In this document: piece after piece, positions 10,966-21,549 of the stretch
Position numbering within the stretch: the stretch's first letter is position 1
How the letters are laid out: every line of letters begins with the position of its first letter
Source of the DNA: an uncultured Gammaproteobacteria bacterium
GTDB taxonomy: Bacteria > Pseudomonadota > Gammaproteobacteria > CAKMZV01
DNA length: 64,000 nucleotides
NCBI GenBank assembly: GCA_929200535.1
Contig: CAKMZV010000005.1
Coordinates: 12,442-76,441, forward strand
Direction of reading: 5' to 3'
Made by a program: the position numbers and the translations under genes
Notes under the pieces: generated by a model
Databases searched by the model: none
Told to the model about the DNA's origin: nothing
What the model saw: only the letters and a program-made list of their open reading frames with translations

Positions 10966-12811
10966 AAAGCTTGCGTATAACAATAAACTCCGAAATTATC
11001 GAGAATTTAATTATCTTTATCGATCTCGTACTTTTCAGCTAATAATACTTTGCTTATTTATTGCATTTGTTTTGATGTATCGATTATATGATTTACAGGT
11101 GTTAAATCATACCAAATTAGAAATTCAGTCGGATAATAATCGCCTCTCTTTATTACCAATTTTTCCTTATCGAGGTCGTATATTTGATCGTAATGGACAA
11201 GTGTTAGCAGATAATAAAGCTCAGTATGAATTGCGCATTAACAATAAGTTGCCTCAAAAAGAAAAAAATAGAATTATTAAGGAAATATCTGGAAGATTGG
11301 GCTTTGATTTTCAAAACGCACTTAAACATTATCGTAAGTATAGGCGACTTTCTCGTAAGCAACAAACGACCCCATTTGTTACTTTAACTGATGTGCAAGC
11401 AGCGGAATTTTCTGGCATTAGTTTTTTATATGCTAATGTAAATTTAGATTATCGAATTGTGCGCACTTATCCATATAAGGAAGTAGCATCGCATCTTTTA
11501 GGGCATCTTGGTTTGGTGGATGCTTTTGATTTAAAGGATAGAAAGCTTTTTAGTCAAGATAGGACTAATGTGAATGCTCAAATAAAGTATGTGGGGAAAA
11601 AGGGAGTTGAACGCCATTATGATCGGTTATTAAGAGGAGAATTTGGGTATCAGATTATAGAAATTGATGCAGGTGGAAAAAAAGTTAAAGATATAGAGGT
11701 ATCTCAGGCGAACGATGGTGTTGATTTGCAACTGACTATAGATGTTAGATTACAAAATTATATCAACCAAAAAATACAAAATTTAAAAGCGAGTGTTGTC
11801 CTAATGGATGTCTCTAATGGTGAGATATTGGCAATGAGCAGCGGTCCCAGTTATGATAATAATGTTTGGTCTTCAAAAAAAGGGGTGAACAAGTTATACA
11901 ATGATAAAAGAAAACCACTTTTAAATCGCAGTACACACGGCTTATATCCACCAGCCTCAGTTATTAAACCGTTTATTGCGTTAGCTGGCTTACATAGCAA
12001 GGTTTTAAAAGCCGATGAGAAATATTTTGCAGGACCTTATTATACGCTTAAAAATGTTGAGAGACGTTTTCATGATTGGAAAAAGGAAGGGCATGGGTTG
12101 ATTGATATGAATCAAGCAATAGCCCAATCCTCAGACGTTTATTTTTATGATTTAGGATTTCGACTCGGTATTAATCGTATAGAGTCTTTTTTATCACAAT
12201 TTCCTTTTGGAAAAAAAACAGGTATTGATTTACCAGGGGAAGCAGTGGGTGTATTGCCCAGTCGTCAATGGAAGTATGCCAAGATAGGCAAACGATGGGT
12301 TGATGGTGAAACGCTAATCACTTCTATCGGTCAAGGTTTCTTTTTAGTGACGCCATTACAATTGGCAACAGCAATTTCGAGTTTGGCAAATCATGGAGAG
12401 ATTATTACTCCATCTTTGGTGCGTAATGATCAGCAGGTCAAACTTAGCCCTTCGCAAAGAGTAAAATGGTATGCCGAAAGCAATTGGAATAAAATCAAAG
12501 AAGCTATGCATAATGTTGTATCTAAACCTTATGGCACGGCTTATCAGACAATGAGCAAGGCACGATATAGCTTGGCTGGAAAAACAGGAACGGCTCAAGT
12601 CGTCAATCTTGTGCAATCTCCTGAAAAAAGACAAGAACAAAAGGAAAATTTGATAAAAAAATATCACGATCATTCTATTTTTGTTGCTTTTGCTCCATAC
12701 AATAAGCCTCAAGTTGCCATTGTGACTATTATTGAAAATGGTGGAAACGGTTCTGGTATAGCAACGACTTTATCTAAACAATTCTTGGATAAATACTTTC
12801 AATACTATTAA
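10955..12811 (+). CDS. mrdA: penicillin-binding protein 2 (peptidoglycan D,D-transpeptidase MrdA)
   Basis: N-terminus aligns with E. coli PBP2 (LYDLQVL..., RGRIFDRNGQVLADN). Transpeptidase motifs SVIKP (SxxK), SSD (SxN), KTGTAQ (KTG). Start chosen at the ATG at 10955, overlapping mreD by 11 bp. Confidence 0.9.
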   Translation: MKVKKLAYNNKLRNYREFNYLYRSRTFQLIILCLFIAFVLMYRLYDLQVLNHTKLEIQSDNNRLSLLPIFPYRGRIFDRNGQVLADNKAQYELRINNKLPQKEKNRIIKEISGRLGFDFQNALKHYRKYRRLSRKQQTTPFVTLTDVQAAEFSGISFLYANVNLDYRIVRTYPYKEVASHLLGHLGLVDAFDLKDRKLFSQDRTNVNAQIKYVGKKGVERHYDRLLRGEFGYQIIEIDAGGKKVKDIEVSQANDGVDLQLTIDVRLQNYINQKIQNLKASVVLMDVSNGEILAMSSGPSYDNNVWSSKKGVNKLYNDKRKPLLNRSTHGLYPPASVIKPFIALAGLHSKVLKADEKYFAGPYYTLKNVERRFHDWKKEGHGLIDMNQAIAQSSDVYFYDLGFRLGINRIESFLSQFPFGKKTGIDLPGEAVGVLPSRQWKYAKIGKRWVDGETLITSIGQGFFLVTPLQLATAISSLANHGEIITPSLVRNDQQVKLSPSQRVKWYAESNWNKIKEAMHNVVSKPYGTAYQTMSKARYSLAGKTGTAQVVNLVQSPEKRQEQKENLIKKYHDHSIFVAFAPYNKPQVAIVTIIENGGNGSGIATTLSKQFLDKYFQYY

Positions 12812-12871
12812 AAAAACAGCAAACTCACCACAAAATAATATTCGAATTTTAGATAGACGCTTTCAATTCTA

Positions 12872-14020
12872 ATGGGTATCAAAAACAATAACACAAAATC
12901 ATATGTGGCGCCGGAATTGGTCAGTAAGGGGAGGGTGTGGGGTTTTAGGATAGACCCTTATCTAACGTTATTTTTTTTCGTGTTTTTTATTATCTCAATA
13001 TTCTTGATTTATAATCCAAATTCTTCTTTAGAGTTATATAAAAGGCAAGCACTCAATTATGGCATTTCCTTGATTTTTTTTGTAATAATCAGTCAAATTC
13101 CCAGCAATTTTGTAAAATTATTAGCCCCATACTTATATTTATTAGGAATAATAATGCTTGTTATTGTGCTTCTTTTTGGAGTTGAGGGAAAGGGGGCTCA
13201 ACGTTGGATAGATTTTGGGATATTAAATATTCAACCTTCTGAGTTTTTTAAATTTTTATTGCCATTAATGTTGGCTTGGTGGTTTAATTTAGCGGATGAT
13301 AATGGTTTTAATAAATGGTTAAATTGGATAGTCGTTGCTATTTTTATTATTACAGCAGTTCTGATGATTGCCGTACAGCCTGATTTAGGCTCCGCTTTAA
13401 TGGTCTTAGTTTCAGGTCTTATTGTTATATTTCTTGTTGGCTTGCCGTGGAAAGTGATTATTATTTCGATGGCTTGTATGGCATTAAGCTTTCCTATTCT
13501 TTGGAGCAATATGTACAGCTATCAAAAACAACGTGTGCTCACTTTTCTTGACCCGTATAAGGACCCGCTTGGTTTTGGTTATCACGTGATACAATCAACA
13601 ATAGCCATTGGTTCTGGTGGCTTGTTTGGAAGAGGGTGGCTTCAAGGAAGTCAGTCGCGTTTAGATTTTGTACCAGAACAGCACACAGATTTTATTTTTT
13701 CCATCGTGGCTGAAGAATATGGTTTTATAGGAGGAACCGCTTTGATTTTATTGTATGTTGCTCTGATGTGGCGCGGTCTAATAATTTCGCTAAACTCTCA
13801 AACCCATTTTTTGCGAATTTTAGGTGTTGCTTTAAGCGTTGTGATATTTTTTTATGTTGGTGTTAATATCGCGATGGTTACAGGATTATTGCCAGTAGTT
13901 GGCTTGCCTTTACCGCTAATTAGCTATGGAGGAAGCTCATTAATTACTTATGCGATTATTTTAGGGATTTTGTCATCTATTAAGTGCCATTCGCCTGATA
14001 CGGCAAAGATAAAATATTAA
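12872..14020 (+). CDS. mrdB: SEDS-family peptidoglycan glycosyltransferase RodA
   Basis: 10-TM SEDS protein following mrdA. Conserved RodA/FtsW motifs (PDLGSALM, FIFSIVAEEYGFIGG). Confidence 0.9.
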   Translation: MGIKNNNTKSYVAPELVSKGRVWGFRIDPYLTLFFFVFFIISIFLIYNPNSSLELYKRQALNYGISLIFFVIISQIPSNFVKLLAPYLYLLGIIMLVIVLLFGVEGKGAQRWIDFGILNIQPSEFFKFLLPLMLAWWFNLADDNGFNKWLNWIVVAIFIITAVLMIAVQPDLGSALMVLVSGLIVIFLVGLPWKVIIISMACMALSFPILWSNMYSYQKQRVLTFLDPYKDPLGFGYHVIQSTIAIGSGGLFGRGWLQGSQSRLDFVPEQHTDFIFSIVAEEYGFIGGTALILLYVALMWRGLIISLNSQTHFLRILGVALSVVIFFYVGVNIAMVTGLLPVVGLPLPLISYGGSSLITYAIILGILSSIKCHSPDTAKIKY

Positions 14021-14048
14021 TTATGTACAAAAATAAAAATTTTAACGT

Positions 14049-15131
14049 ATGAAAAAGTTACCGCAGTTGAGTATATTTTTATTGCTATTTTTTAGTGTTT
14101 ATGGGTTGTCTGTTTCTTCTGCTTCAGCTAAAACTAAGTCGAGTAAGGTATTGGAAGTTTCCAAACATCATAAAAACCATGATATTAAAGCGATTGAAAA
14201 ATTTATTCAGAAAATGAGTAAACACATTCCAGAACAGGAGCTGCGGAATTATTTATATACTGAATATAGCTTCAATCCCATTGTTATGAAAAAATTAATA
14301 GCGGGAAAGAGAGAAAAGAAAAATGACAGCAAAAGCAAAAAAAAATCTAAACCGTTATTTCCCCAATACCCTTTGTATAGATGGCTAAAATATAATAAAA
14401 TATTTATTCAACCAGAACGAATTGAACTTGGTGTAAAACACTATTATGAACATAAACCAATATATGATAGTGTGAGCAAACAATATCGTATTGATCCGAT
14501 GATTCTTGCGTCGATACTTGGCGTAGAGACTAAATTTGGTAAGATTCAAGGTAAATACAATGCTCGCAATGCTTTGATTACTAATAGTTTTCATAAAAGT
14601 TCTCATCGTCAGCCTTTTTATCGTCGAGAGCTTGCTGCTTTTTTGCAATTATCGCAACAAAATCCATTTATGCATAATGCAAAAGGCTCTTACGCTGGTG
14701 CATTAGGAATGGCACAATTTATCCCAACCTCTTATCAATATTATGCAGTAGATCATAATAAAGATGGATTTGTTAATTTATTTAGCTCAAAAGAGGATGC
14801 TATTGCCAGTATTGCTAATTACTTTAAAGAACATAGATGGCGAGATGATGAACCTGCCGCTAAACTATTATATGAATTTACCCACCAGCAAATTAACTCA
14901 AAAAATAAATTAACAAAAATGAGGAAAAAGCTCGCTACGGTAGGTAACAAAGCGAGAAAGGAGCTTAAAGGATTAAAGAAAATTGTTATTTTCAAAGCAA
15001 AAAAGTATCAATTATGGGGGCTATATCATAACTTCAATGTGATTAAAAGATACAATTCCCTAAATAGTTATGCTATGGCAGTGCATCAACTGTCTACAGA
15101 AATTGGTAATAAACTATCAAAGGAAAATTAA
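14049..15131 (+). CDS. mltB: lytic murein transglycosylase B-like protein
   Basis: Signal peptide, then an MltB-family core (ILGVETKFG...NA..ALITNSF, GALGMAQFIPTSY, ...KDG..NLFSSKEDAIASIANYFKEH). Confidence 0.75.
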   Translation: MKKLPQLSIFLLLFFSVYGLSVSSASAKTKSSKVLEVSKHHKNHDIKAIEKFIQKMSKHIPEQELRNYLYTEYSFNPIVMKKLIAGKREKKNDSKSKKKSKPLFPQYPLYRWLKYNKIFIQPERIELGVKHYYEHKPIYDSVSKQYRIDPMILASILGVETKFGKIQGKYNARNALITNSFHKSSHRQPFYRRELAAFLQLSQQNPFMHNAKGSYAGALGMAQFIPTSYQYYAVDHNKDGFVNLFSSKEDAIASIANYFKEHRWRDDEPAAKLLYEFTHQQINSKNKLTKMRKKLATVGNKARKELKGLKKIVIFKAKKYQLWGLYHNFNVIKRYNSLNSYAMAVHQLSTEIGNKLSKEN

Positions 15132-15160
15132 ATGATTACAAAAATCTACAATTAAAAATT

Positions 15161-15850
15161 ATGGCGTTAGTATTTTTAGATCTTGATAATACTCTTATTA
15201 AAGGTGATAGTGATTACCTTTGGGGGGAATTTTTAGTCTCTCGAGGATTGGTTGACAGTGAAGAGTATCAAAAAACAAACCTTAAATTTTATGAAGATTA
15301 TAATCAAGGCGTATTGGATTATGATGAGTATTTAAAATTTGTTTTAGATCCATTATTAAAACATCAAACAGATGAACTATTGGCATTAAACCATGATTTT
15401 ATGGAAACAATTATACGTCCAATAGTATATAAATCAGCGTTGGAATTAATTGAGGATCATCAGAAAAATAAGGATCGTGTTGTTATTCATAGTTCAACTA
15501 ATTCTTTTATTGTTGCTCCAATTGCTCGTATGGTAGGTGTTCAAGAAATTATTAGTACTCAATTAGAATTTATTGGAGAGCAATATACGGGTAGATATAT
15601 AGGATTGCCTAATTATGGCGAGAATAAAGTGAAAAACATTTATCAATGGATGAAAAAAAATAAGCTCCCTAAAAGTGCTCTTAAAGGAAGCTATGCCTAT
15701 TCAGACTCTTTTAATGATTTGCCTTTACTATGTGAAGTAGAGATTCCTGTCGCTGTAAATGCGGATGAAAAATTAAGCAGCTATGCTCTCAATTGCGGAT
15801 GGCGTATTATTAACTTTGATAGTCGTGATGTACAAACACAAGGTGAATAA
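15161..15850 (+). CDS. HAD-superfamily hydrolase (subfamily IB-like)
   Basis: N-terminal motif I FLDLDNTLIKGDSD and downstream HAD motifs. Function not assignable. Confidence 0.7.
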   Translation: MALVFLDLDNTLIKGDSDYLWGEFLVSRGLVDSEEYQKTNLKFYEDYNQGVLDYDEYLKFVLDPLLKHQTDELLALNHDFMETIIRPIVYKSALELIEDHQKNKDRVVIHSSTNSFIVAPIARMVGVQEIISTQLEFIGEQYTGRYIGLPNYGENKVKNIYQWMKKNKLPKSALKGSYAYSDSFNDLPLLCEVEIPVAVNADEKLSSYALNCGWRIINFDSRDVQTQGE

Positions 15851-15851
15851 T

Positions 15852-16481
15852 ATGCCGGAAACTGGAAAATTTATTACTTTCGAGGGTATAGATGGCTCAG
15901 GTAAAAGCACGTTAATTACGGAAATTAAAGATTATCTTGAAAATCAAAAAATTAAGGTTTTTCAAAGTCGAGAGCCGGGTGGAGTGCCTATTGCGGAAGA
16001 AATTCGCAGTCTTTTATTAAGTGATGTGTTCATTGGTAGTGCAGGGGAAACGGAGGCATTGATGATGTTTGCTGCTCGCTTTGAGCATTTAAAAAATGCG
16101 ATTATTCCTGCTTTGGAAAAAGGGGAATGGGTATTATGCGATCGTTTTACAGACTCAACTTTTGCATATCAAGTGTTTGGGCGTGGGATAGATTTTTCTT
16201 GTGTAGAAAAATTATCCGATTTAGTGCATCCCAATCATCACCCTGATTTAACGATTTTGCTGGATCTCGATACCAACATTTCTTTAAAGAGAATAACACA
16301 AAAAGAAGAAAAGCTCAATCGTTTAGATGATAATACTGATTGCTTTCAGGATAGAGTGAAAGAGGGATATTTAAAGTTATCACAGAAATACCCAAAACGT
16401 ATCAAAGTAGTTGATGCAACTCAATCTTTTGATAATGTCTTGAAGCAAACTAAGGAATTATTAGATCCTTTACTGAGTTAA
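15852..16481 (+). CDS. tmk: thymidylate kinase
   Basis: ITFEGIDGSGKST P-loop, DRF motif (CDRFTDSTFAYQ). Start at the ATG at 15852, downstream of the longer tool ORF. Confidence 0.9.
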   Translation: MPETGKFITFEGIDGSGKSTLITEIKDYLENQKIKVFQSREPGGVPIAEEIRSLLLSDVFIGSAGETEALMMFAARFEHLKNAIIPALEKGEWVLCDRFTDSTFAYQVFGRGIDFSCVEKLSDLVHPNHHPDLTILLDLDTNISLKRITQKEEKLNRLDDNTDCFQDRVKEGYLKLSQKYPKRIKVVDATQSFDNVLKQTKELLDPLLS

Positions 16482-17470
16482 TGAACACCGAAAAAAATAA
16501 AAAAATTGTAGAATATCCTTGGCTATTCCCAACGTGGGATAAGCTGATGAGTATGCTTTCTAATGGGTTGCCTCATTCCATTCTGTTAAATGCACCTAAT
16601 GGGTTTGGCAAACATATTGTTGCTAATGAACTGGCAAAATTATTACTATGTCAAGGTGAGAAGCCTAACAATATTCCTTGTGGGCACTGTTCTTCATGTG
16701 GTTGGTTTGAGCGTCAAGAGGAAGTTACTCAGCAGTGCCACCCTGATTGCTATCCAGTTAGTAGTGACTCAGATAGTGGTATTATTAAAATTGATGCGGT
16801 ACGAGACTTAATCTCTAATCTTAGTCAAACTGCAAATCAATCCGGTTGGAAAATATGCTTGATTTTCAAGGCTCATTTTTTAAATATACAGGCGTTTAAC
16901 GCCCTATTAAAAACATTAGAAGAGCCAACTTCCAATACCCTTTTTATATTATTAGTTGATAATATTCGTGTAGTACCAATGACTATACTTAGCCGTACAC
17001 AAAATTTACAATTATCACTTAATGATGCGAATAGTCGTGAATGTGCTATTACTTGGTTGTGTGAGAATGGCAAATATAACGAAGAGCAAGTTGCTCAGGC
17101 TTTGCAGTTATCAGCTGATGCTCCTTTATTAGCAAGAGAATTTTTACATTCCAATAAAATAACACAATATCAACAATGGTTACAAGATTTAACGAAATTG
17201 CAAAATCAAACTCTCGGTATTGTGGATATGGCAAATAATTGGAAGGAACTAAAGCAAGAAAATATTATTTGGTTGTGTCAGCTTATTCGTGACAAAATGA
17301 CTCAAAAATCAACCACTCAAACTGTGATGAATTATAGAGAATGGTTAAACTATGAGCAAATTCTCAGAGGGTATGAAAAAAGTTGGCTACAAAATCTTAA
17401 TGAGAATTTAGTATTGCAAAATGTTTATGCCCAGTGGCAAGAGTATCACAACAAGCAACCTTTAGATTAA
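16481..17470 (+). CDS. holB: DNA polymerase III delta' subunit
   Basis: Clamp-loader AAA+ fold (LLNAPNGFGKHIVANELAKLLLCQ), zinc module CGHCSSCGWFE. Canonical tmk-holB arrangement. Confidence 0.85.
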   Translation: MNTEKNKKIVEYPWLFPTWDKLMSMLSNGLPHSILLNAPNGFGKHIVANELAKLLLCQGEKPNNIPCGHCSSCGWFERQEEVTQQCHPDCYPVSSDSDSGIIKIDAVRDLISNLSQTANQSGWKICLIFKAHFLNIQAFNALLKTLEEPTSNTLFILLVDNIRVVPMTILSRTQNLQLSLNDANSRECAITWLCENGKYNEEQVAQALQLSADAPLLAREFLHSNKITQYQQWLQDLTKLQNQTLGIVDMANNWKELKQENIIWLCQLIRDKMTQKSTTQTVMNYREWLNYEQILRGYEKSWLQNLNENLVLQNVYAQWQEYHNKQPLD

Positions 17471-17504
17471 TCAAGAGTTAAAATTATATAATGAGGAGGG
17501 CAAT

Positions 17505-17876
17505 ATGGTTGTTAAAAATATTTTAGCTGGAATTAGCAATGCTCAGCAACTTCTGTTAAGCCCGGAAAGGCTTCGAAATATATTTAAAGATATTGGCTTG
17601 AAGACTTGGGGTGAAATAAAAGAAACAGGTGATATGTTAGAAATTTTATGGAAACTTTCTCTTAATATGGATGTGAGTCAAGAGGAAAAAGAGAGAGCGT
17701 ATGAACAAGCTAAAGATTTAGCAAAAACCATACCTGCTTTTGGAATTTTTTTGCTCCCCGGCGGAATGGTGTTATTGCCATTGCTTGCGAAAATTGTTCC
17801 TTGGGAGATATTACCTTCGCAATTTGCACAAGGTAAGAAAGATAAGGAAAAATCAGATAAAACAGAAGAATCATAA
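17505..17876 (+). CDS. hypothetical small protein with LETM1-like hydrophobic motif
   Basis: 123 aa. [32 protein letters not shown] resembles the LETM1-domain consensus (IPF..F.I.PF.E.LLP...K.FP..LPS.F). No other recognisable domain. Confidence 0.4.
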   Translation: MVVKNILAGISNAQQLLLSPERLRNIFKDIGLKTWGEIKETGDMLEILWKLSLNMDVSQEEKERAYEQAKDLAKTIPAFGIFLLPGGMVLLPLLAKIVPWEILPSQFAQGKKDKEKSDKTEES

Positions 17877-17893
17877 ATAATAAAAAACTAAAG

Positions 17894-19315
17894 ATGAGTA
17901 AAAAGACGTTATATAAAAAACTTTTTGATGAGCACGTGGTTTGTAGTCAAGAAGATGGCACCTCTCTGTTGTATATAGACCGCCATATTATCCATGAAGT
18001 TACCTCACCACAGGCATTTGAGGGCTTACGCTTAAATAATCGAGAGCTTTGGAGAAAATCATCCGTTGTTGCTGTGCCAGATCATAACATTCCTACAGAT
18101 GTTGATGCGCGCAATCAAGGGATTGCTGGAATTGGCGATCAAGTTTCTCGTCAGCAAGTGCAAGCGTTGGAAGACAACACCAAACATTTTGATTTATTTC
18201 AAATTCCGTTGCAAGATGTGCGTCAGGGTATTGTGCATGTTATTGGACCAGAACAAGGTGCAGTTTTACCAGGTATGACTGTGGTTTGTGGTGATTCGCA
18301 CACGGCGACTAATGGGGCATTAGGTTGCCTTGCAAGAGGAATTGGTACCTCCGAAGTTGAGCATGTTATGGCGACTCAATGCTTACTACAAAAAGAAGCC
18401 AAGAGTATGCTTATCAATGTGTCTGGTGAGTTGCAGAAAGGGGTTACTGCTAAAGATGTGATTTTATATATTATTGGGGTTATTGGTACAGCAGGTGGTA
18501 CGGGATACGCCATTGAATACGCTGGAAAAGTGATTGAAAATATGAGCGTAGAAGGGCGTATGACAATTTGCAATATGTCTATCGAGGCAGGAGCACCTTG
18601 TGGTATGGTTGCTGTTGATGAGACAACGATTGAATACATCAAAAATCGTCCTATGGCACCGCAAGGCGAGAATTGGGATAAAGCCGTTAGCTACTGGAAA
18701 ACTTTGCACTCAGATGAAGGAGCAGACTTTGATAGAGTTGTTGAAATTGATGGTTCGCAAATTGAACCTCAAGTGACTTGGGGAACTTCACCAGAAATGG
18801 TGATAAGTATTAATGAAAACCTTCCTTCTTTACAAAATGTTGATGATGAGAATAAACGTCAAGGCTACCAAAATGCCTTTGAATATATGGATTTAGAGGA
18901 AAAAATGGCACTTGAAAATATTCCAATTGATTATGTTTTTATTGGTTCTTGTACCAACTCAAGAATTGAGGACTTACGTGAAGCAGCAAGCATACTACAA
19001 GATAAAAAAATTGCTTCAACTATAGAACGAGCTATGGTCGTTCCAGGTTCTGGCTTAGTACGCCAAGAAGCTGAAAAAGAAGGTTTGGATAAAATTTTTA
19101 CGGCAGCTGGGTTTGAATGGCGTGAAGCAGGTTGCTCAATGTGTTTGGGAATGAACGAAGATCAGTTACCTGCAGGTAAACACTGTGCTTCAACTTCAAA
19201 TCGTAATTTTGAAGGCAGGCAAGGTAAAGGCGGAAGAACGCATCTTGTTAGCCCACTGATGGCAGCGGCAGCAGCAGTAGAGGGTAAATTTACTGATGTA
19301 AGAAAATTGCTCTAA
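17894..19315 (+). CDS. leuC: 3-isopropylmalate dehydratase large subunit
   Basis: Near-colinear with E. coli LeuC ([13 protein letters not shown]..., [44 protein letters not shown]). No leuD follows. Confidence 0.9.
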   Translation: MSKKTLYKKLFDEHVVCSQEDGTSLLYIDRHIIHEVTSPQAFEGLRLNNRELWRKSSVVAVPDHNIPTDVDARNQGIAGIGDQVSRQQVQALEDNTKHFDLFQIPLQDVRQGIVHVIGPEQGAVLPGMTVVCGDSHTATNGALGCLARGIGTSEVEHVMATQCLLQKEAKSMLINVSGELQKGVTAKDVILYIIGVIGTAGGTGYAIEYAGKVIENMSVEGRMTICNMSIEAGAPCGMVAVDETTIEYIKNRPMAPQGENWDKAVSYWKTLHSDEGADFDRVVEIDGSQIEPQVTWGTSPEMVISINENLPSLQNVDDENKRQGYQNAFEYMDLEEKMALENIPIDYVFIGSCTNSRIEDLREAASILQDKKIASTIERAMVVPGSGLVRQEAEKEGLDKIFTAAGFEWREAGCSMCLGMNEDQLPAGKHCASTSNRNFEGRQGKGGRTHLVSPLMAAAAAVEGKFTDVRKLL

Positions 19316-19328
19316 GAAGGCAATTAGT

Positions 19329-21542
19329 ATGAGCGAAAAAACAAAAAAGCTCTCTGGAGCAGAGGTTAGCGCCTCTCCAGAAAAGATAAAAAATAGCCTA
19401 TTAGAGCCTATTCAGTGCCTCTTATTTGAGAATCAGTATCCTGTTTCAGTACAAGAAATTTACCAACTGGCAGAAAAATCCAGTGATGGCGAAGAGATTT
19501 TACGTAACGATGTGGAGCCGATATTTGGTCAGCTAAAATTACAACCTGAATGGCAAAAAATCTCTTGGAATAAACTTGCATCTGCTGAGTTACCAGCGAT
19601 GTTGATGTTAAAAAATCATCAAGCCGTTACACTTATTTCTATGCACAAGACCCATGCTTTAGTCAGTGTGGTCAAGAATGGTAAAGTAGAGCAAACAAAA
19701 ATTCAATTAGCTTCTTTAAAAAGTGCCTATACTGGAGAAGTATTAACAATTAGTGCAGGTCAAGTTGCCACCCTTTCTAACCGTATTCGTATTTCCGAAT
19801 GGATTAGCAAAAAAGCCCTTACTTTTTCCGTGATTGAGGTGTTAGTTGCCTCATTGATGATTAATCTATTTCAAATCGCACTTCCTTTATATACGATGAA
19901 TGTCTATGACAAGGTGCTCCCCAATCAAGCAGAAGAAACGCTTTGGGTGCTTTTTAGTGGTATTCTCATTATTTTAATTTTGGATTATATTTTCCGCCTA
20001 ATGCGTAGTGTCGTATTAGAAAATATGTCTGAGCGAGTAGGTGAGGCATTGATGATGCGTCTTCTAAGAAAAACAGCCACAATGAATTCCAAAGATAAAG
20101 AAGATATTGGTGCACTTTCAGATACTTTTCATGAAATGAACAACTATCGCATAGGATTTTTTGGAAGAACATTTGTTGAAATTATTGAACTACCATTTTT
20201 CTTTTTATTTTTTGCTGTCATATATGGCATTTCTCCTGAAGTGGCAATGATTCCGCTATACGCAGCTATATTTATTACAATTGTTAATCTATTGCACCAT
20301 TTCCCAATTAAGAGCTTAAGTAAAGATTTATACCCTCTTAACAAGCAAAAAGAAAGCTTCTTAGTGCAAGTATTAGGGGGTAGGGAAACGTTAAGACTAA
20401 GCAATGGATTTTCACGTTATATAAACCAGTGGCAAGCTAAAATTCGTCAAACTTTAGATCTTTCTCGCGCCTCTCAGCTTTGGAATAATAGTATGGCAAC
20501 CACTTTGCCTATTATTGTTCAATTAATCAGTGCGGTTGTTATTTTTGTAGGTTCATATCAAATTTTTGCGGGCAAGCTCACAGTCGGTGGGCTTATCGCC
20601 TTAACATTACTTTCAGCGAGGGCAATCCTTCCTGTATTAAATTTTTCTTCGGCACTGACTCGTTTATTTTCTTCACGCCATATGATTAAGGCGTGGCGAG
20701 TGATTCTTTCTCGTGAAACCGATTATGATTTGAGTGAAAATATTGTCAATAAAACGCAATTTAAAGGTAACCTAATCGTTAAAGATATTAACTTTAAATA
20801 TCCCAATAGTGAAAATTACACCCTACACAATCTCAATATGCAAATTCATTCTGGAGAAAAAGTCGGTATTGTTGGACCAAGTGGTGCAGGAAAAAGTACC
20901 TTACTAAGAGTAATTAGTAATTTGGAAAAATCAGAGCAAGGGGAGGTGCAACTTGATGGTTTTAATGTGAAAGACATTCATCCTTTTGAATTTCATCGTA
21001 ACGTTTCTTATATGCCACAAGACCCAGCATTTTTCTCAGGAAGTGTTTATGATAATATTCGTATGAGTAGCCAAGTTTATAATCAGCAAAAAATTGAGAA
21101 AATGGTAGAAGTTTTTGGATTGAACAATCTAACCATGCAAAAAGCTCTTGGGGGTGGCTTATCTTTTCAAGTGGGAGAAGGTGGTAGTAATCTATCTGGA
21201 GGTCAGCGCCAATTGGTGGCACTAATGCGTAGTATGTGCAATGATTCTGTTGTTTATATGTTAGATGAACCAACTTCAGGTATGGATGGGCAATTAGAAG
21301 GTCAAGTTATCAATTACCTACATAAAAATTTACCTGATAAAACTCTAATTATCGTTTCCCATCGACCGAGTTTATTAAGTTTAGTTGATAGTCTTATTGT
21401 CGTCAATGAAGGGAAAATTTTAGAAAAAGGAAGCAAAGAGAAAATGATTAAAAAATACTTTTCAGGTTCCTCCTCGATGCAAAATAACTACGTCCCTCTA
21501 AAACAAACCTCAGTCTTTACGAACCCAATTAAACCAGAATAA
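19329..21542 (+). CDS. type I secretion system ABC transporter (HlyB-like: N-terminal C39-like domain without catalytic Cys, TMD, NBD)
   Basis: Walker A GPSGAGKSTL, ABC signature LSGGQRQ, Walker B YMLDEPTS. 6-TM exporter domain. ~150-aa N-terminal C39-like domain lacking the QxxxxDCG catalytic motif. Followed by hlyD. Confidence 0.85.
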   Translation: MSEKTKKLSGAEVSASPEKIKNSLLEPIQCLLFENQYPVSVQEIYQLAEKSSDGEEILRNDVEPIFGQLKLQPEWQKISWNKLASAELPAMLMLKNHQAVTLISMHKTHALVSVVKNGKVEQTKIQLASLKSAYTGEVLTISAGQVATLSNRIRISEWISKKALTFSVIEVLVASLMINLFQIALPLYTMNVYDKVLPNQAEETLWVLFSGILIILILDYIFRLMRSVVLENMSERVGEALMMRLLRKTATMNSKDKEDIGALSDTFHEMNNYRIGFFGRTFVEIIELPFFFLFFAVIYGISPEVAMIPLYAAIFITIVNLLHHFPIKSLSKDLYPLNKQKESFLVQVLGGRETLRLSNGFSRYINQWQAKIRQTLDLSRASQLWNNSMATTLPIIVQLISAVVIFVGSYQIFAGKLTVGGLIALTLLSARAILPVLNFSSALTRLFSSRHMIKAWRVILSRETDYDLSENIVNKTQFKGNLIVKDINFKYPNSENYTLHNLNMQIHSGEKVGIVGPSGAGKSTLLRVISNLEKSEQGEVQLDGFNVKDIHPFEFHRNVSYMPQDPAFFSGSVYDNIRMSSQVYNQQKIEKMVEVFGLNNLTMQKALGGGLSFQVGEGGSNLSGGQRQLVALMRSMCNDSVVYMLDEPTSGMDGQLEGQVINYLHKNLPDKTLIIVSHRPSLLSLVDSLIVVNEGKILEKGSKEKMIKKYFSGSSSMQNNYVPLKQTSVFTNPIKPE

Positions 21543-21549
21543 AATCTCT

